The position numbers and the translations under genes were made by a program. A DNA stretch of 64,000 bases from an uncultured Trueperaceae bacterium. GTDB taxonomy: Bacteria > Deinococcota > Deinococci > Deinococcales > Trueperaceae. Positions 10,962 through 21,622 of the stretch are shown here, in pieces (position 1 is the stretch's first letter; each line of letters starts with the position of its first letter). Location: contig CAWCXJ010000012.1 of NCBI GenBank assembly GCA_963799485.1, positions 128,001 to 192,000 on the forward strand. The letters are read 5' to 3'. A model generated the notes under the pieces. That model did no database searches, was not told the DNA's origin, and saw nothing but the letters and a program-made list of their open reading frames with translations.

Positions 10962-12104
10962 CTAACGCGACTCCAGCGGCGTAAACGTCTTGCCTTTTTC
11001 GCCCTCGTAAGAAAGTTTAGGCCGCATCAGGCGGTTGTCGGCGTACTGCTCTAAAAGGTGCGCCATCCAACCCGGCGTCCGGGAGACGGTAAAGATGGGT
11101 GTGTACATCTCGCCGGGAAACCCGAGCATCCGGTAGACCGACGCGGAGAAAAAATCGACGTTGGGCCTGACCTGTTTGCCTTTTTTGTCCATCTCGCGCT
11201 CCATGACCCGCTCCATCTCCTGCGACATCTCGAACCACTTCGAATCGCCGGACTCTTCGGCGAGTTTTTCGGAGACGCCCTCCAAAATCGCTGCGCGCGG
11301 GTCGAGCACGCGGTAGACGCGGTGCCCGAAACCGGGGATGCGGGCTTTGGGTTCCGAGAGTTTTTTCATCACGAAGTCTTCGACCGCTTCGACGCTGCCG
11401 ATTTCTTCTAACATCTGCATCACTGCCGTATTCGCGCCCCCGTGAAGCGGCCCCTTGAGTGAGCCAATGGCGGCGGTGATAGCGCTGTACACGTCGGTCA
11501 GGGTCGAAGCGGTCGCCCGCGCCACGAAGGTACTCGCGTTCGAGCCGTGTTCGGCGTGCAGCACGAGCGCCACGTCCATCACGCGCACGGCGGCCTCGGA
11601 AGGCTCTTCACCGCTGGTCATATAAAGAAAGTTCGCGGCGAGCGGCAGGTCGGGGTGCGGCGCGACGGGTTCTCGAGCTTCGCGGATACGCTGCAAGGCG
11701 GCGGTCAGGGTAACGATTTGCGCGGTCAGCCGGAGTCCGATGCGGCGCACGTTCTCGAGGTCAACGCCGTCGCTCTCTGTGTCCGACGCGGCAAGGAACG
11801 AAACGGCGGTGCGTAGGGCGTGCATCGGGCTTTCTTCTCTGGGGAAGTGCCGCAACACGTCGATGGCGTCATCAGGTACGGTGAAGTGAGGTTTGAGCGA
11901 CGTATGAAAATCGGAAAGCTCGCTCTCGGTGGGCAGCGAACCGTTCCACAACAAGTAGACCACCTCTTCAAACGAGGCTTTGTCGGCCAACTCGCGGATG
12001 TCGTAGCCGCGGTAGATGAGTTCGCCCTTCATCCCGTCGATGCTGCAGATTTCGCTGGTGTCGATAACTACCCCGTCGAGTCCGCGCTGAATCGTTTCGT
12101 CCAT
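10962..12104 (-). CDS. gltA: Citrate synthase
   Basis: GELIYRGY, HAEHGSNASTF, GPLHGGAN, GFGHRVY and PNVDF motifs; start placed at MDETIQ after the GGAGG SD. Confidence 0.93.
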   Translation of the reverse strand: MDETIQRGLDGVVIDTSEICSIDGMKGELIYRGYDIRELADKASFEEVVYLLWNGSLPTESELSDFHTSLKPHFTVPDDAIDVLRHFPREESPMHALRTAVSFLAASDTESDGVDLENVRRIGLRLTAQIVTLTAALQRIREAREPVAPHPDLPLAANFLYMTSGEEPSEAAVRVMDVALVLHAEHGSNASTFVARATASTLTDVYSAITAAIGSLKGPLHGGANTAVMQMLEEIGSVEAVEDFVMKKLSEPKARIPGFGHRVYRVLDPRAAILEGVSEKLAEESGDSKWFEMSQEMERVMEREMDKKGKQVRPNVDFFSASVYRMLGFPGEMYTPIFTVSRTPGWMAHLLEQYADNRLMRPKLSYEGEKGKTFTPLESR

Positions 12105-12210
12105 AAATTCCTCCATTAGGTCGCTTTTTTGCTGTTGCTTTTCTGCTATTACTCTAGTGTAGCTGCCCGCCGCGCAGGTCATGGTAAGGTCTGTGGGCTT
12201 TTGCGGGTTT

Positions 12211-13134
12211 CTAGCTTGCCGCGCTCTCCGGGTCGCTGTTTTTATCCCCGTCCGGCTCACGGTCACCGCGTAAAACGCTCAAGACGGTTTCACCGTAGCG
12301 CGAACGCTTGATCGGCCCGACCCCCTTGACGGTGCCGAGTTCGCCTAACGTTTGGGGATTTGCAGCAGCAAGCTGGGTGAGCGTGTCGTTGGTAAAGACG
12401 ATATAGGCCGGGACACCCTCGGCCTTGGCAGTTTCGCGCCGCCACGCCTCGAGCCGCTTGAGCCGAGTATCGGCCTCTACTGAGAGTGCGGTTTGCGGTT
12501 GCGGCTGAGCGGCGACAGCAGGTGCTTCGGTATGGGTCGGGGTGTCCGTTTGCGCTACGCGCTCAGGTTCGGCTGCGGGTGTAAAGGGCGGGGCAGACTC
12601 GCTCGCCGGTGTAGGTGCGCCGTCCGTGCCGTCTGAAAACGCCGGGCTAGCTGTTTGGACGGGTGTCTGAGCGGGTGTGTAGCTACCTGAAGCGGGTGTT
12701 TCGGGCGTATCCGTGTTCCCTTCGCGGTAGAGCAAATAGGCCCCGGCAGCCACCAGCACGAGCGCAAACGCCACCGAACCGAGGAGCCCGAACGAGCCCA
12801 ACGCGACAAGCGCGCCCAGCACTGCAAAGATACCCGCGCTGTAGAGCGCCCAGCGGTTGGGCTTGGGTTCGGTGCGGTCGATGGCGAAAAACCCGGCTGC
12901 CAAACTCAAGAGCATCCCGCTGTCGGTGCCTATAAGTGTGCCGACGGCGATACCCATCAAGACGCCGCCTGCGACCAGAAAATTGTAATTTTGACGCGAC
13001 ACATAGCCGACCAGAAAGATCGCGCTGATAAGCGCCAGCCAGAGCCAGTCCGCGCCGCCGATGCGTGAGAGCAGCATAATGACGCCGATAGTGATAAGCG
13101 CGTAGGCCAGTAGGCGCTGTGGTCTCGTTTTCAT
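12211..13134 (-). CDS. Membrane protein with Pro/Thr/Ala linker and C-terminal HRDC domain
   Basis: About 5-6 hydrophobic helices, then LEAWRRETAKAEGVPAYIVFTNDTL...VKGVGPIKRSRYG (HRDC). Confidence 0.8.
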   Translation of the reverse strand: MKTRPQRLLAYALITIGVIMLLSRIGGADWLWLALISAIFLVGYVSRQNYNFLVAGGVLMGIAVGTLIGTDSGMLLSLAAGFFAIDRTEPKPNRWALYSAGIFAVLGALVALGSFGLLGSVAFALVLVAAGAYLLYREGNTDTPETPASGSYTPAQTPVQTASPAFSDGTDGAPTPASESAPPFTPAAEPERVAQTDTPTHTEAPAVAAQPQPQTALSVEADTRLKRLEAWRRETAKAEGVPAYIVFTNDTLTQLAAANPQTLGELGTVKGVGPIKRSRYGETVLSVLRGDREPDGDKNSDPESAAS

Positions 13135-13425
13135 CCGGGCCTCCTCGTCCGCCCATGATAGCGCACCCCGGCCATGTAACGAACCTTCCGTCTTTGCGTG
13201 TTTGCCGCATAGCTATCTGTCCTATAGGTATACGCGAATGTATTACATGTATGTACAAAGTGTAACCATGTAAGGAACGTGAGGTTTTCACACGCGCAGA
13301 GTGCTAGCATATACCCAACATGTGTGACATCCGCTCGAGGGGACGATGAAACCGCCGGAACAGCCACTACGACGCGTTACCAGCATCACACGGCTGTTCA
13401 CGCTGCTGTTTACGCCGCCTCTTGA

Positions 13426-14607
<1,182 letters not shown>

Positions 14608-14621
14608 TGGAGAGGGTTTAG

Positions 14622-15596
14622 GTGGCGCAGCTCAACTTTGTACAGACGGTCGCGCATACCCTGAGCTTTGAAATGGCCCTCGACGATAACGTCGTGCTGC
14701 TCGGCGAAGATGTCGGCAAACGCGGCGGCGTCTTTCTAGCCACTGAAGGGCTTTTTGAGCGTTACGGCCCCGACCGGGTCATCGACACACCCTTGTCCGA
14801 AGCGGCGATTATCGGCGCGGCGGTCGGCATGGCGGCGCACGGCCTCCGGCCCGTCGCCGAAATCCAGTTTTCGGATTACGTCTATCCGGGTTTCGACCAA
14901 CTGGTCTCGCAGGCCGCCAAGCTCCGTTACCGTTCCGGTGGACAGTTTTTCGCGCCGATGGTCGTGCGGATGCCTGCCGGGGGCGGCGTCAAAGGCGGTC
15001 ATCACCACTCGCAAAACCCCGAAACGCACTTTGTTCACACGCCCGGCCTCAAGGTGGTTTATCCGTCGTCGCCCGCCGACGCCAAAGGACTCTTGAGTAC
15101 CGCCATCCGCGACGACGACCCGGTGATTTTTATGGAACCCAAACGCCTCTACCGGGCCTTCAAAGAAGAGGTGCCGGACGGCGAACACCTGATTCCGCTC
15201 GGGCAGGCGCGTGTCAAACGCGAAGGCGACGACGTGGTGCTCATTTCTTACGGTGCCAGCGTTGCGGAAACCCTTAAAGCTGCCGACGCGCTCTCCAAAC
15301 AGGGGATTTCAGCTAAGGTTATCGATTTGCGTTCGCTGTTGCCGTGGGACAAGGGGGTGGTTTTGGAGGCCGTCGCAAAGCTCGGACGCGTCGTGCTGGT
15401 CTCCGAAGCGCCCAGAACCGGCGGCTTTGTGAGCGAAGTTGCCGCGACCATTTCCGAAGAGGTTTTGGATATGCTGCTCGCGCCGCCCGTTCGCGTCACG
15501 GGTTTTGATACACCGTATCCCTACGCTCAAGACAGGCTCTATCTGCCGGGGGTAAACCGCATTTTGAAGGCGGTGCAGCGGGTACTCGAGTACTGA
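14622..15596 (+). CDS. 2-oxoacid dehydrogenase E1 beta
   Basis: [24 protein letters not shown] and HHSQ motifs. Confidence 0.92.
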   Translation: MAQLNFVQTVAHTLSFEMALDDNVVLLGEDVGKRGGVFLATEGLFERYGPDRVIDTPLSEAAIIGAAVGMAAHGLRPVAEIQFSDYVYPGFDQLVSQAAKLRYRSGGQFFAPMVVRMPAGGGVKGGHHHSQNPETHFVHTPGLKVVYPSSPADAKGLLSTAIRDDDPVIFMEPKRLYRAFKEEVPDGEHLIPLGQARVKREGDDVVLISYGASVAETLKAADALSKQGISAKVIDLRSLLPWDKGVVLEAVAKLGRVVLVSEAPRTGGFVSEVAATISEEVLDMLLAPPVRVTGFDTPYPYAQDRLYLPGVNRILKAVQRVLEY

Positions 15597-15787
15597 TGCT
15601 CCCCGTAAACCTGTTTGTTTCACCGGATACTGCCGCAGCTTACGCCCAGGGCCATCCGTATTTTCATCCGCCGGTTGTTTTGAAACGTAAGCTGACCGAA
15701 CAACTTAAACCCTTCTTTTACGGCGAAGAAACCTTCCCTTTCGCCGGTTTTATCTGGCTACTTAGGAGAGATTCGCGTCATGCCTAG
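15596..15787 (+). CDS. Small hypothetical protein between E1 beta and E2
   Basis: TGATG overlap with the upstream stop and overlap with the downstream start; fills the whole gap. Confidence 0.4.
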   Translation: MLPVNLFVSPDTAAAYAQGHPYFHPPVVLKRKLTEQLKPFFYGEETFPFAGFIWLLRRDSRHA

Positions 15788-17144
15788 AGAACTCGTACTC
15801 CCCGAACTCGCCGAGTCGGTCGTCGAAGGTGAAATCGTCAAATGGCTCGTCGCCGAGGGCGAGCGCGTCGAGGAAGACCAACCGGTTGTCGAGGTCATGA
15901 CCGATAAAGTCACCGTCGAACTGCCGAGCCCGTTTGCCGGAGTGCTGGAAACGCAGCTTGTCGCCGAGGGGGATGTGGTCGCGGTTCACGCGCCGATTGC
16001 CCGCTTTGCCGACGAAGCGGTCGGCGAACAAGCGGCGGGCGCAACCGAAACACCGTCACCGACAGCCGATTTGGTTCAAGTTGAAGCGGCAGACGACACA
16101 GAAGACGATACGGCTGAAGACACAGAAGGTACAGACGACGGCGACGCGCGCAGTTTGTTCCGGGCATCCAAAGATGACGACGCTGAACCGGTCTATCAGG
16201 TTTTACGGCAAGAAACAGCCCGTGAGCCTGAACGTACGGGGCCTTACGGTCGCCCGGTGGCGGTTCCGGCAGCGCGTAAACTCGCCCGTGAGTTGGGCGT
16301 AGAGCTGAGCGCCGTTTCCGGGAGTGGCCCGAACGGGCGTATCCGCGTAGACGACGTGCGGCGTGCTGCCGAGCAAGGTGAGACTCAAACGCCGACTACG
16401 CCCAAAGCGCCCGCGTACAAAACGCCTGCGGGCTACGAAGGTCGTGAGGAGCGCGTCCCCGTCCGGGGTTTACGGCGCGCCATTTCAAACCAGATGGTCG
16501 CCTCGCACTTGCAGACCGTCCGGACACTGCATGTTGACGAAGTAGACGCTACCGAGTTGGTCGCGCTGCGATCACGCCTCAAACCGCTTGCCGAAAAACG
16601 CGGGGTCAAGCTCTCGTATCTGCCGTTTATCATGAAGGCGACGGTGGCGGCGCTGAAAGCCTTTCCGGTGGTGAACTCGAGCCTCGACGAAGCCGCGAGT
16701 GAGGTCGTGCTCAAGCGGTTTTATAACCTGGGTTTAGCGGTCGCCACCGACGTCGGTCTAGTCGTGCCGGTCATCAAAGACGTCGATAAAAAGAGCGTGC
16801 TCGAGGTCGCCCAAGAGGTCGGTACACTCGCCGTAAAAGCGAGGGACGGCAAACTCGCGCCCGAAGACGTGAAGGGCGGCACCTTTAGCGTCACCAACAT
16901 CGGCTCACTCGGCGGACTTTTCAGCTTTCCGATTATCAATGTTCCCGAAGCTGCCATTTTAGGCGTCCACAGCATCAAAAAACGTCCGGCGGTGATGCCG
17001 GACGATTCGGTTCAGGCGCGGCAGATGCTCTATCTGTCCCTGTCGTTCGACCACCGCATCATCGACGGGGCGGAGGCAGCGCAGTTTACGAGCTACTTGA
17101 TCGAACTGCTCACGACGCCCGAAGCGCTCCTGCTAGAAAGCTGA
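15780..17144 (+). CDS. Dihydrolipoamide acyltransferase E2
   Basis: Lipoyl domain EVMTDKV, E3-binding GSGPNGRI, catalytic DHRIIDG. Confidence 0.93.
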   Translation: MPRELVLPELAESVVEGEIVKWLVAEGERVEEDQPVVEVMTDKVTVELPSPFAGVLETQLVAEGDVVAVHAPIARFADEAVGEQAAGATETPSPTADLVQVEAADDTEDDTAEDTEGTDDGDARSLFRASKDDDAEPVYQVLRQETAREPERTGPYGRPVAVPAARKLARELGVELSAVSGSGPNGRIRVDDVRRAAEQGETQTPTTPKAPAYKTPAGYEGREERVPVRGLRRAISNQMVASHLQTVRTLHVDEVDATELVALRSRLKPLAEKRGVKLSYLPFIMKATVAALKAFPVVNSSLDEAASEVVLKRFYNLGLAVATDVGLVVPVIKDVDKKSVLEVAQEVGTLAVKARDGKLAPEDVKGGTFSVTNIGSLGGLFSFPIINVPEAAILGVHSIKKRPAVMPDDSVQARQMLYLSLSFDHRIIDGAEAAQFTSYLIELLTTPEALLLES

Positions 17145-17276
17145 GCTGCGTAGCCGGATGTTCCCGGTACTCCAGGCGGGCGGACGCACCAGCAGGGTGT
17201 CGATCAACCAAAACAGAGCATAACCAAGACGGAGCATAACCAAAGACAGAGAGGCGCGCCGCTGGGCCGCGCCCAG

Positions 17277-18554
17277 CTAAAAACTGGCAAACCCCCGCTC
17301 CCGCGCCCAGATCACCGCTTCAGTCCGGGAGTGCACCCCGAGCTTGTCGTAGAGGTTGGTAATGTAGTTGCGTACCGTTTGCTCGGCGAGCCCCAAGTCG
17401 GCGGCGATGGCGTCGTTGCTCCGGCCACTCGCGATATGCTCCAACACCTGCTTTTCACGTTTGGTCAGCGCGGCGACCTCCGCCGTATTAACGCGCTTGC
17501 CCGAACGTTTGGCCCGCGCCTGCGCAAGTTTTTCCATCAAGGAGCGGCTGAACCAGGCGGCGTCTTGCATCACCTCGCCTATCGCCTGTGTCAGCTCTTC
17601 TTCGGACTGTTTGCGTTCGGTAATATCGAAAAACATCTGCAGCAAACAGGGTGCGCCGCCCATCTCGACGGTCTCGGCGGACGCCAGGATGTCGCGGACG
17701 CCGCCCGCTTTCGTCCGAAACTGGAGTTCCAGGTCGTGATAACCCTGAGCGTCCCGTAAGGCTGCCGCTATTGCCCTTTGGTCTTCAGGTGAGGCCCACA
17801 TCCCCAGGGTTCGGTTCGTCTGACCGACGGCTTCGGCAGCGGTGTAACCGGTCAGCTTTTCAAAGCTCAGGTTGACGTCGAGAAAGCGCCCCTCACCGAG
17901 GGTCGTCAGGCAGGTTGCCACCGGGCCGACGCGAAACGCCTGTTCAAACCGCCTTTCGCTGTTCAGCAGCTGCTCCTTGGCCTTTTCGTGTTCGGCAACT
18001 TCCGCTTGAAGTTGCGTGTTGGCGGTGCGAAGGTCCAGAGTCCTTTCGCCGACCCGCGTCTCGAGCTGTTCGTTTGCCGTGTCTTGTGCGAGGAGCAAGT
18101 CGCGTACCTGATACTGCCGTTTGCGGGCAGTTAGCGCCGCGCGCACGACCGTGATGAGCGTCGGGACGCGGAGGGGGCGCTCGAGCACCGTCGCGGCGCT
18201 CAAGTTCCCCAAACCGCCCAGCCCCGACCATGACGCGCCGACCAAGAGCACGAGCGGCAGGTCCGACCAGCCCGGTTGCGTTTCGGCGGCGCGCTTTACG
18301 GCGGCGAGCGTCGCCGCCGTAAGCGCCTCTTCGGTGAGTAGTAGCACCCCCACGCCCGCGCTCAGCTGCGCCGCGAGGTCGCCGCCGGAGACTGTATCAA
18401 AGGCCGCGCACGGCAGACCGGCTGCTGAGAGCGCCCGGCATAACAGCAGGGCGTCTCGTCCCAGCGGAGCCAAAACCAAAACGCGCTCCGCCGGACTCGT
18501 TACCGGCTCCGTTACAGAAGCGGTTCCGGGGCCGGTTGGCGGTTCAGTCGTCAT
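17277..18554 (-). CDS. Pseudo-receiver + coiled coil + PAS + LuxR/NarL-type HTH transcriptional regulator
   Basis: N-terminal RVLVLAPLGRDA...QPGWSDLP...VLERP degenerate REC; PAS (DVNLSFEKLTGY...FDITERK); LTKREKQVLEHIASGRSN...TVRNYITNLYDKLGV HTH. Start overlaps the KaiC-like gene. Confidence 0.85.
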   Translation of the reverse strand: MTTEPPTGPGTASVTEPVTSPAERVLVLAPLGRDALLLCRALSAAGLPCAAFDTVSGGDLAAQLSAGVGVLLLTEEALTAATLAAVKRAAETQPGWSDLPLVLLVGASWSGLGGLGNLSAATVLERPLRVPTLITVVRAALTARKRQYQVRDLLLAQDTANEQLETRVGERTLDLRTANTQLQAEVAEHEKAKEQLLNSERRFEQAFRVGPVATCLTTLGEGRFLDVNLSFEKLTGYTAAEAVGQTNRTLGMWASPEDQRAIAAALRDAQGYHDLELQFRTKAGGVRDILASAETVEMGGAPCLLQMFFDITERKQSEEELTQAIGEVMQDAAWFSRSLMEKLAQARAKRSGKRVNTAEVAALTKREKQVLEHIASGRSNDAIAADLGLAEQTVRNYITNLYDKLGVHSRTEAVIWARERGFASF

Positions 18555-20058
18555 CTTGAGCGCGCCGCGTCAGCAAGTCTTCAGCGCGGCCCTGGTAGGT
18601 CGGCGTGCCCGTCAGGACGCCGCTAAACATGGTGATGGGGTCGCCGACCTGAATCCCGGCAGGGGTAATCCGCAGCTCCCGAATGGTATCTTCGTGCGGC
18701 CCGTAACGTTTTTTGATGACCGAAACCGCGAGCCGGAGGTGGCCTTCGGCCTCGAAGTGCCGCAACAGCAGCACCGTGTCGGCTAGGTAACTGATGTCTA
18801 GGGGCTCGAGTTCACCGCTCCCGAGCACGCCCCGTTCGGCCATAATCAAAAACGTCAGGACGCCCTTCCAGCTCAGGTAGGTGAGCAGCTCGTGAAGTTG
18901 CGCGACGAGCAGCGTTTCTTGCGGCATGGCGTTCAAGTAGCCCGTCAAGCTGTCGATGACCACCACCTTGGCCCCGCCTTTGCCCACGGCCTCCCGGACG
19001 ATGTGCGCAAACTCGCCGGGTGACAGCTCCCCGGCGTCCACTTGTTGCAGCCGCACTGTGCCCGCCTCGAGCTGCGGCCTCAGGTCGAGCCCCATTCCCT
19101 GCGAGCGCACGTGAAAAGTTTCGGGGCGCTCGTCGAACAAAAACACCGCCGCGCGTTCGCCACGGGCAGCGGCGGTGTGGGCGTAAAGCGTGGCGAGCGA
19201 GCTTTTGCCGGTGCCGGTCGGGCCGACCAGCAAACAGGCGGTGCCGAACTCGAGGCCGCCCCCCAACAGGTGGTCGAGTTCGCCGACGCCGCTCTCGGCG
19301 ACCGTCCGCTGCCTCGCGCCGTCGTCAGAAGACGCGGGCGTCTCGAGGCGCGGAAAAACCTCCAGCCCGCCCGTGCGGATACGAAAGCTGTGGTAGCCGC
19401 CGTGGTAGGTCATCCCGCGCCCCTTGTCGAGTTTGAGCCGCCGCCGCACGTCGCCGTAGTCGGGCGCGCGCTGCTCGAGCAGCAGCGCCCCGTGCGCCAC
19501 GGTCGCGAGCTGCCGGTCGCCCTGCTCGACCGGTTCACCGGTTAAAAAGAGCGAGGTACACTCGAGGTCGCTTAAAACCTGCTTGAACATCAGGAGCTGC
19601 GAGCGGTAGCGCAGCGGGTTGTCGGTCAGCAGCCGAATCTGCTCGATGGGGTCAAAGACCAGGCGCTCGGGTTTGGTTCGGGTGATGACCGCCATAATCG
19701 CCTCGGTCGTCTCTTTAAGCTCGACCTCGGCGGTGTGAAAGACCGTCTGCTCGGCAGTGATGTAAAGGGCCGCTTCACCTGCTGAAAACTCGTGGACGGG
19801 CATCCCGCCAAGCGACCAGCCGTGCGACGCGGCAATCTCGCGGAGCTCCCGTTCGGTGTGCGACAGCGTGATGTAAAGGACGCGCTCGCCGCGCCGTAAA
19901 CCCTCCAGGAGAAACTGCAAGCCGAGGGTCGTCTTGCCGGTACCGGGCGTACCCTGAACCAGGTACAGCCAGCCGCGCGGCAAGCCGCCGTTCAGCACCG
20001 TGTCGAGCCCGGTCACGCCGGTCGCGGCTTTTTCCGGGCCCGTCTCCATCCGGTTCAT
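18544..20058 (-). CDS. KaiC-like (RecA-superfamily) double-domain ATPase
   Basis: Two RecA-like domains (GTPGTGKT, GPTGTGKS), IDSLTGY, DISYLAD and KKRYG motifs. Confidence 0.9.
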   Translation of the reverse strand: MNRMETGPEKAATGVTGLDTVLNGGLPRGWLYLVQGTPGTGKTTLGLQFLLEGLRRGERVLYITLSHTERELREIAASHGWSLGGMPVHEFSAGEAALYITAEQTVFHTAEVELKETTEAIMAVITRTKPERLVFDPIEQIRLLTDNPLRYRSQLLMFKQVLSDLECTSLFLTGEPVEQGDRQLATVAHGALLLEQRAPDYGDVRRRLKLDKGRGMTYHGGYHSFRIRTGGLEVFPRLETPASSDDGARQRTVAESGVGELDHLLGGGLEFGTACLLVGPTGTGKSSLATLYAHTAAARGERAAVFLFDERPETFHVRSQGMGLDLRPQLEAGTVRLQQVDAGELSPGEFAHIVREAVGKGGAKVVVIDSLTGYLNAMPQETLLVAQLHELLTYLSWKGVLTFLIMAERGVLGSGELEPLDISYLADTVLLLRHFEAEGHLRLAVSVIKKRYGPHEDTIRELRITPAGIQVGDPITMFSGVLTGTPTYQGRAEDLLTRRAQDDD

Positions 20059-20223
20059 CAGGGTCGCCCGGGCCGAAGGCAGGTTGGTCGGCCCGGATCG
20101 GGTGACGTTCGTACTGCTTTTCTGGTGTTTTGGCGTCTAGTATCTAAGTAACTCATCTGTCGGTATGATATACCTAACCGTGTAATTCAAATTGTTATCT
20201 TCCCGCAAAGCTGAACCCGTGTC

Positions 20224-20291
20224 TAGGGGTTGAAACCCTTAGAGAACTGGTACTCGGGCCTCTGTAAGCGTCTTGGAAGGTTTGTTTTAAT
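20224..20291 (+). promoter_or_regulatory. Palindromic operator TAGGGGT-tgaa-ACCCTTA plus extended -10 (TG-t-TTTAAT)
   Basis: Motif 20224-20241; TG at 20283-84; hexamer 20286-91; upstream of the GGDEF gene. Confidence 0.6.
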
Positions 20292-20387
20292 AACGCGGTA
20301 ACACTCCGTTGGGGGCGGACCGGCAATAGACGACCTGCAAACGACCTGCAAACGACCTGCGCCTAGCGCCGCCGTCTGCAGTTTGTT

Positions 20388-21368
20388 TTGTCGGAGGCCC
20401 CGGCGAGCGCTCAACGTGTCAAGGCGCAGAGATTTAGGGAGGGTGTAACTATCAACCGAGCTGTTCTCGAGGCCACCCTCAACACCCTGAGCGAACCGCT
20501 GCTGGTTATCGGTTCCGACCGGCGGGTGACGTTTGTCAACGCGGCGTGGCGACGTTTGCGGGAGCAGCTAGGGGAACCGGACGGGGATAAGGCGTGGCTC
20601 GAGCCGGTTTACGGCACCGCTTACCAAGCCGGGTGCGGAAACCTGCTCAGTAACGAGGCAGCAAGGGGTGTCGAGGCTGTTCTGGGCGGAACTCTGCCCC
20701 GTTACGAGACTGTTTTTAAGTGCGCCGCCGGGTACGAAAGCCGTACCCTCAAACTCGAGGTGTTGCCGCTGGCACTAGGCTGCCCCGGCGCGCTGCTCAG
20801 CTACCATGACCTCACCGAACAGACGCGGCGTGAAACGGAAATCTACAACCTGGCGAACTTAGACCCGCTGACCGGACTATTTAACCGGCGTTTGTTCTTC
20901 GCCGAGGCCGAACGGGTGCTGGCGCTTGCCGAGCGGCACGGGCACCCTTTTACGCTCCTCTACCTAGACCTCGACGGTTTCAAGGCGGTAAACGACTCGA
21001 GCGGTCATGAAGTCGGCGACGAGGTGCTCTGCAGGGTGGCGGCGAGGTTGGGCGGGTGCCTGCGTAAAAGCGACCTGTTGGCACGTCTGGGCGGTGACGA
21101 GTTTTTGCTGCTGTTGCCGGAAACGGATGAACGGGAGAGTTTGGTAACGGTCAAGCGCTGCTTGGAGAGCCTTACCCGACCTTTTACGGTTGACGGTCAT
21201 ACCATCACGCTTACGGGCAGTTTCGGGGTTGCCCACTATCCGACTCATGCCCGCACGATTGACGAACTGGTGCGGCTGGCGGATAAGGCTATGTACCAGG
21301 CCAAAGCGAACGGCGGCGGCGTCCGGGTCGTCCCTAGAGCGACTGTTCACCGCAGCGCTTACCACTAA
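20388..21368 (+). CDS. PAS-GGDEF diguanylate cyclase (start uncertain)
   Basis: DPLTGLFNRR, DLDGFKAVND, RKSD I-site, intact GGDEF; N-terminal PAS-like domain. Confidence 0.88.
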   Translation: MSEAPASAQRVKAQRFREGVTINRAVLEATLNTLSEPLLVIGSDRRVTFVNAAWRRLREQLGEPDGDKAWLEPVYGTAYQAGCGNLLSNEAARGVEAVLGGTLPRYETVFKCAAGYESRTLKLEVLPLALGCPGALLSYHDLTEQTRRETEIYNLANLDPLTGLFNRRLFFAEAERVLALAERHGHPFTLLYLDLDGFKAVNDSSGHEVGDEVLCRVAARLGGCLRKSDLLARLGGDEFLLLLPETDERESLVTVKRCLESLTRPFTVDGHTITLTGSFGVAHYPTHARTIDELVRLADKAMYQAKANGGGVRVVPRATVHRSAYH

Positions 21369-21390
21369 AGGAAAGACACGTTAGGCCGAA

Positions 21391-21458
21391 CCGGGGTTAA
21401 AACCCCTAACGTTTTAGTCTATGTACCTCTGGCTGCGGCGCAACCTTCTTGTTAGGGT
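21391..21458 (+). promoter_or_regulatory. Palindromic operator CCGGGGT-taaa-ACCCCTA plus extended -10 (TG-t-TAGGGT)
   Basis: Motif 21391-21408; TG at 21450-51; hexamer 21453-58; upstream of the desaturase. Confidence 0.6.
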
Positions 21459-21622
21459 TGTAGCTGTAGACAGGTGTTTTATACGCTTTCCAACTGAGCT
21501 GTGCGCACGAAACCGTAAATGCCACCATAAATGTCACCGTTTCAAACAGTTTTAGTACCCGGCCTTGTCCGGTCGTAACGACCCAGCAGACCGCTACTTA
21601 CTTTCAAGCAAAGGAGCCCTCC

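Noticed and set aside
13278..13293. CRP-like site CGTGA-N5-TCACA
   Set aside because: The spacer is 5 nt, not 6; insufficient support.
18544..20058. Bona fide circadian clock or gas-vesicle (GvpD) locus
   Set aside because: No kaiA, kaiB or gvp genes in the window; SY instead of ST at the phosphosite position.
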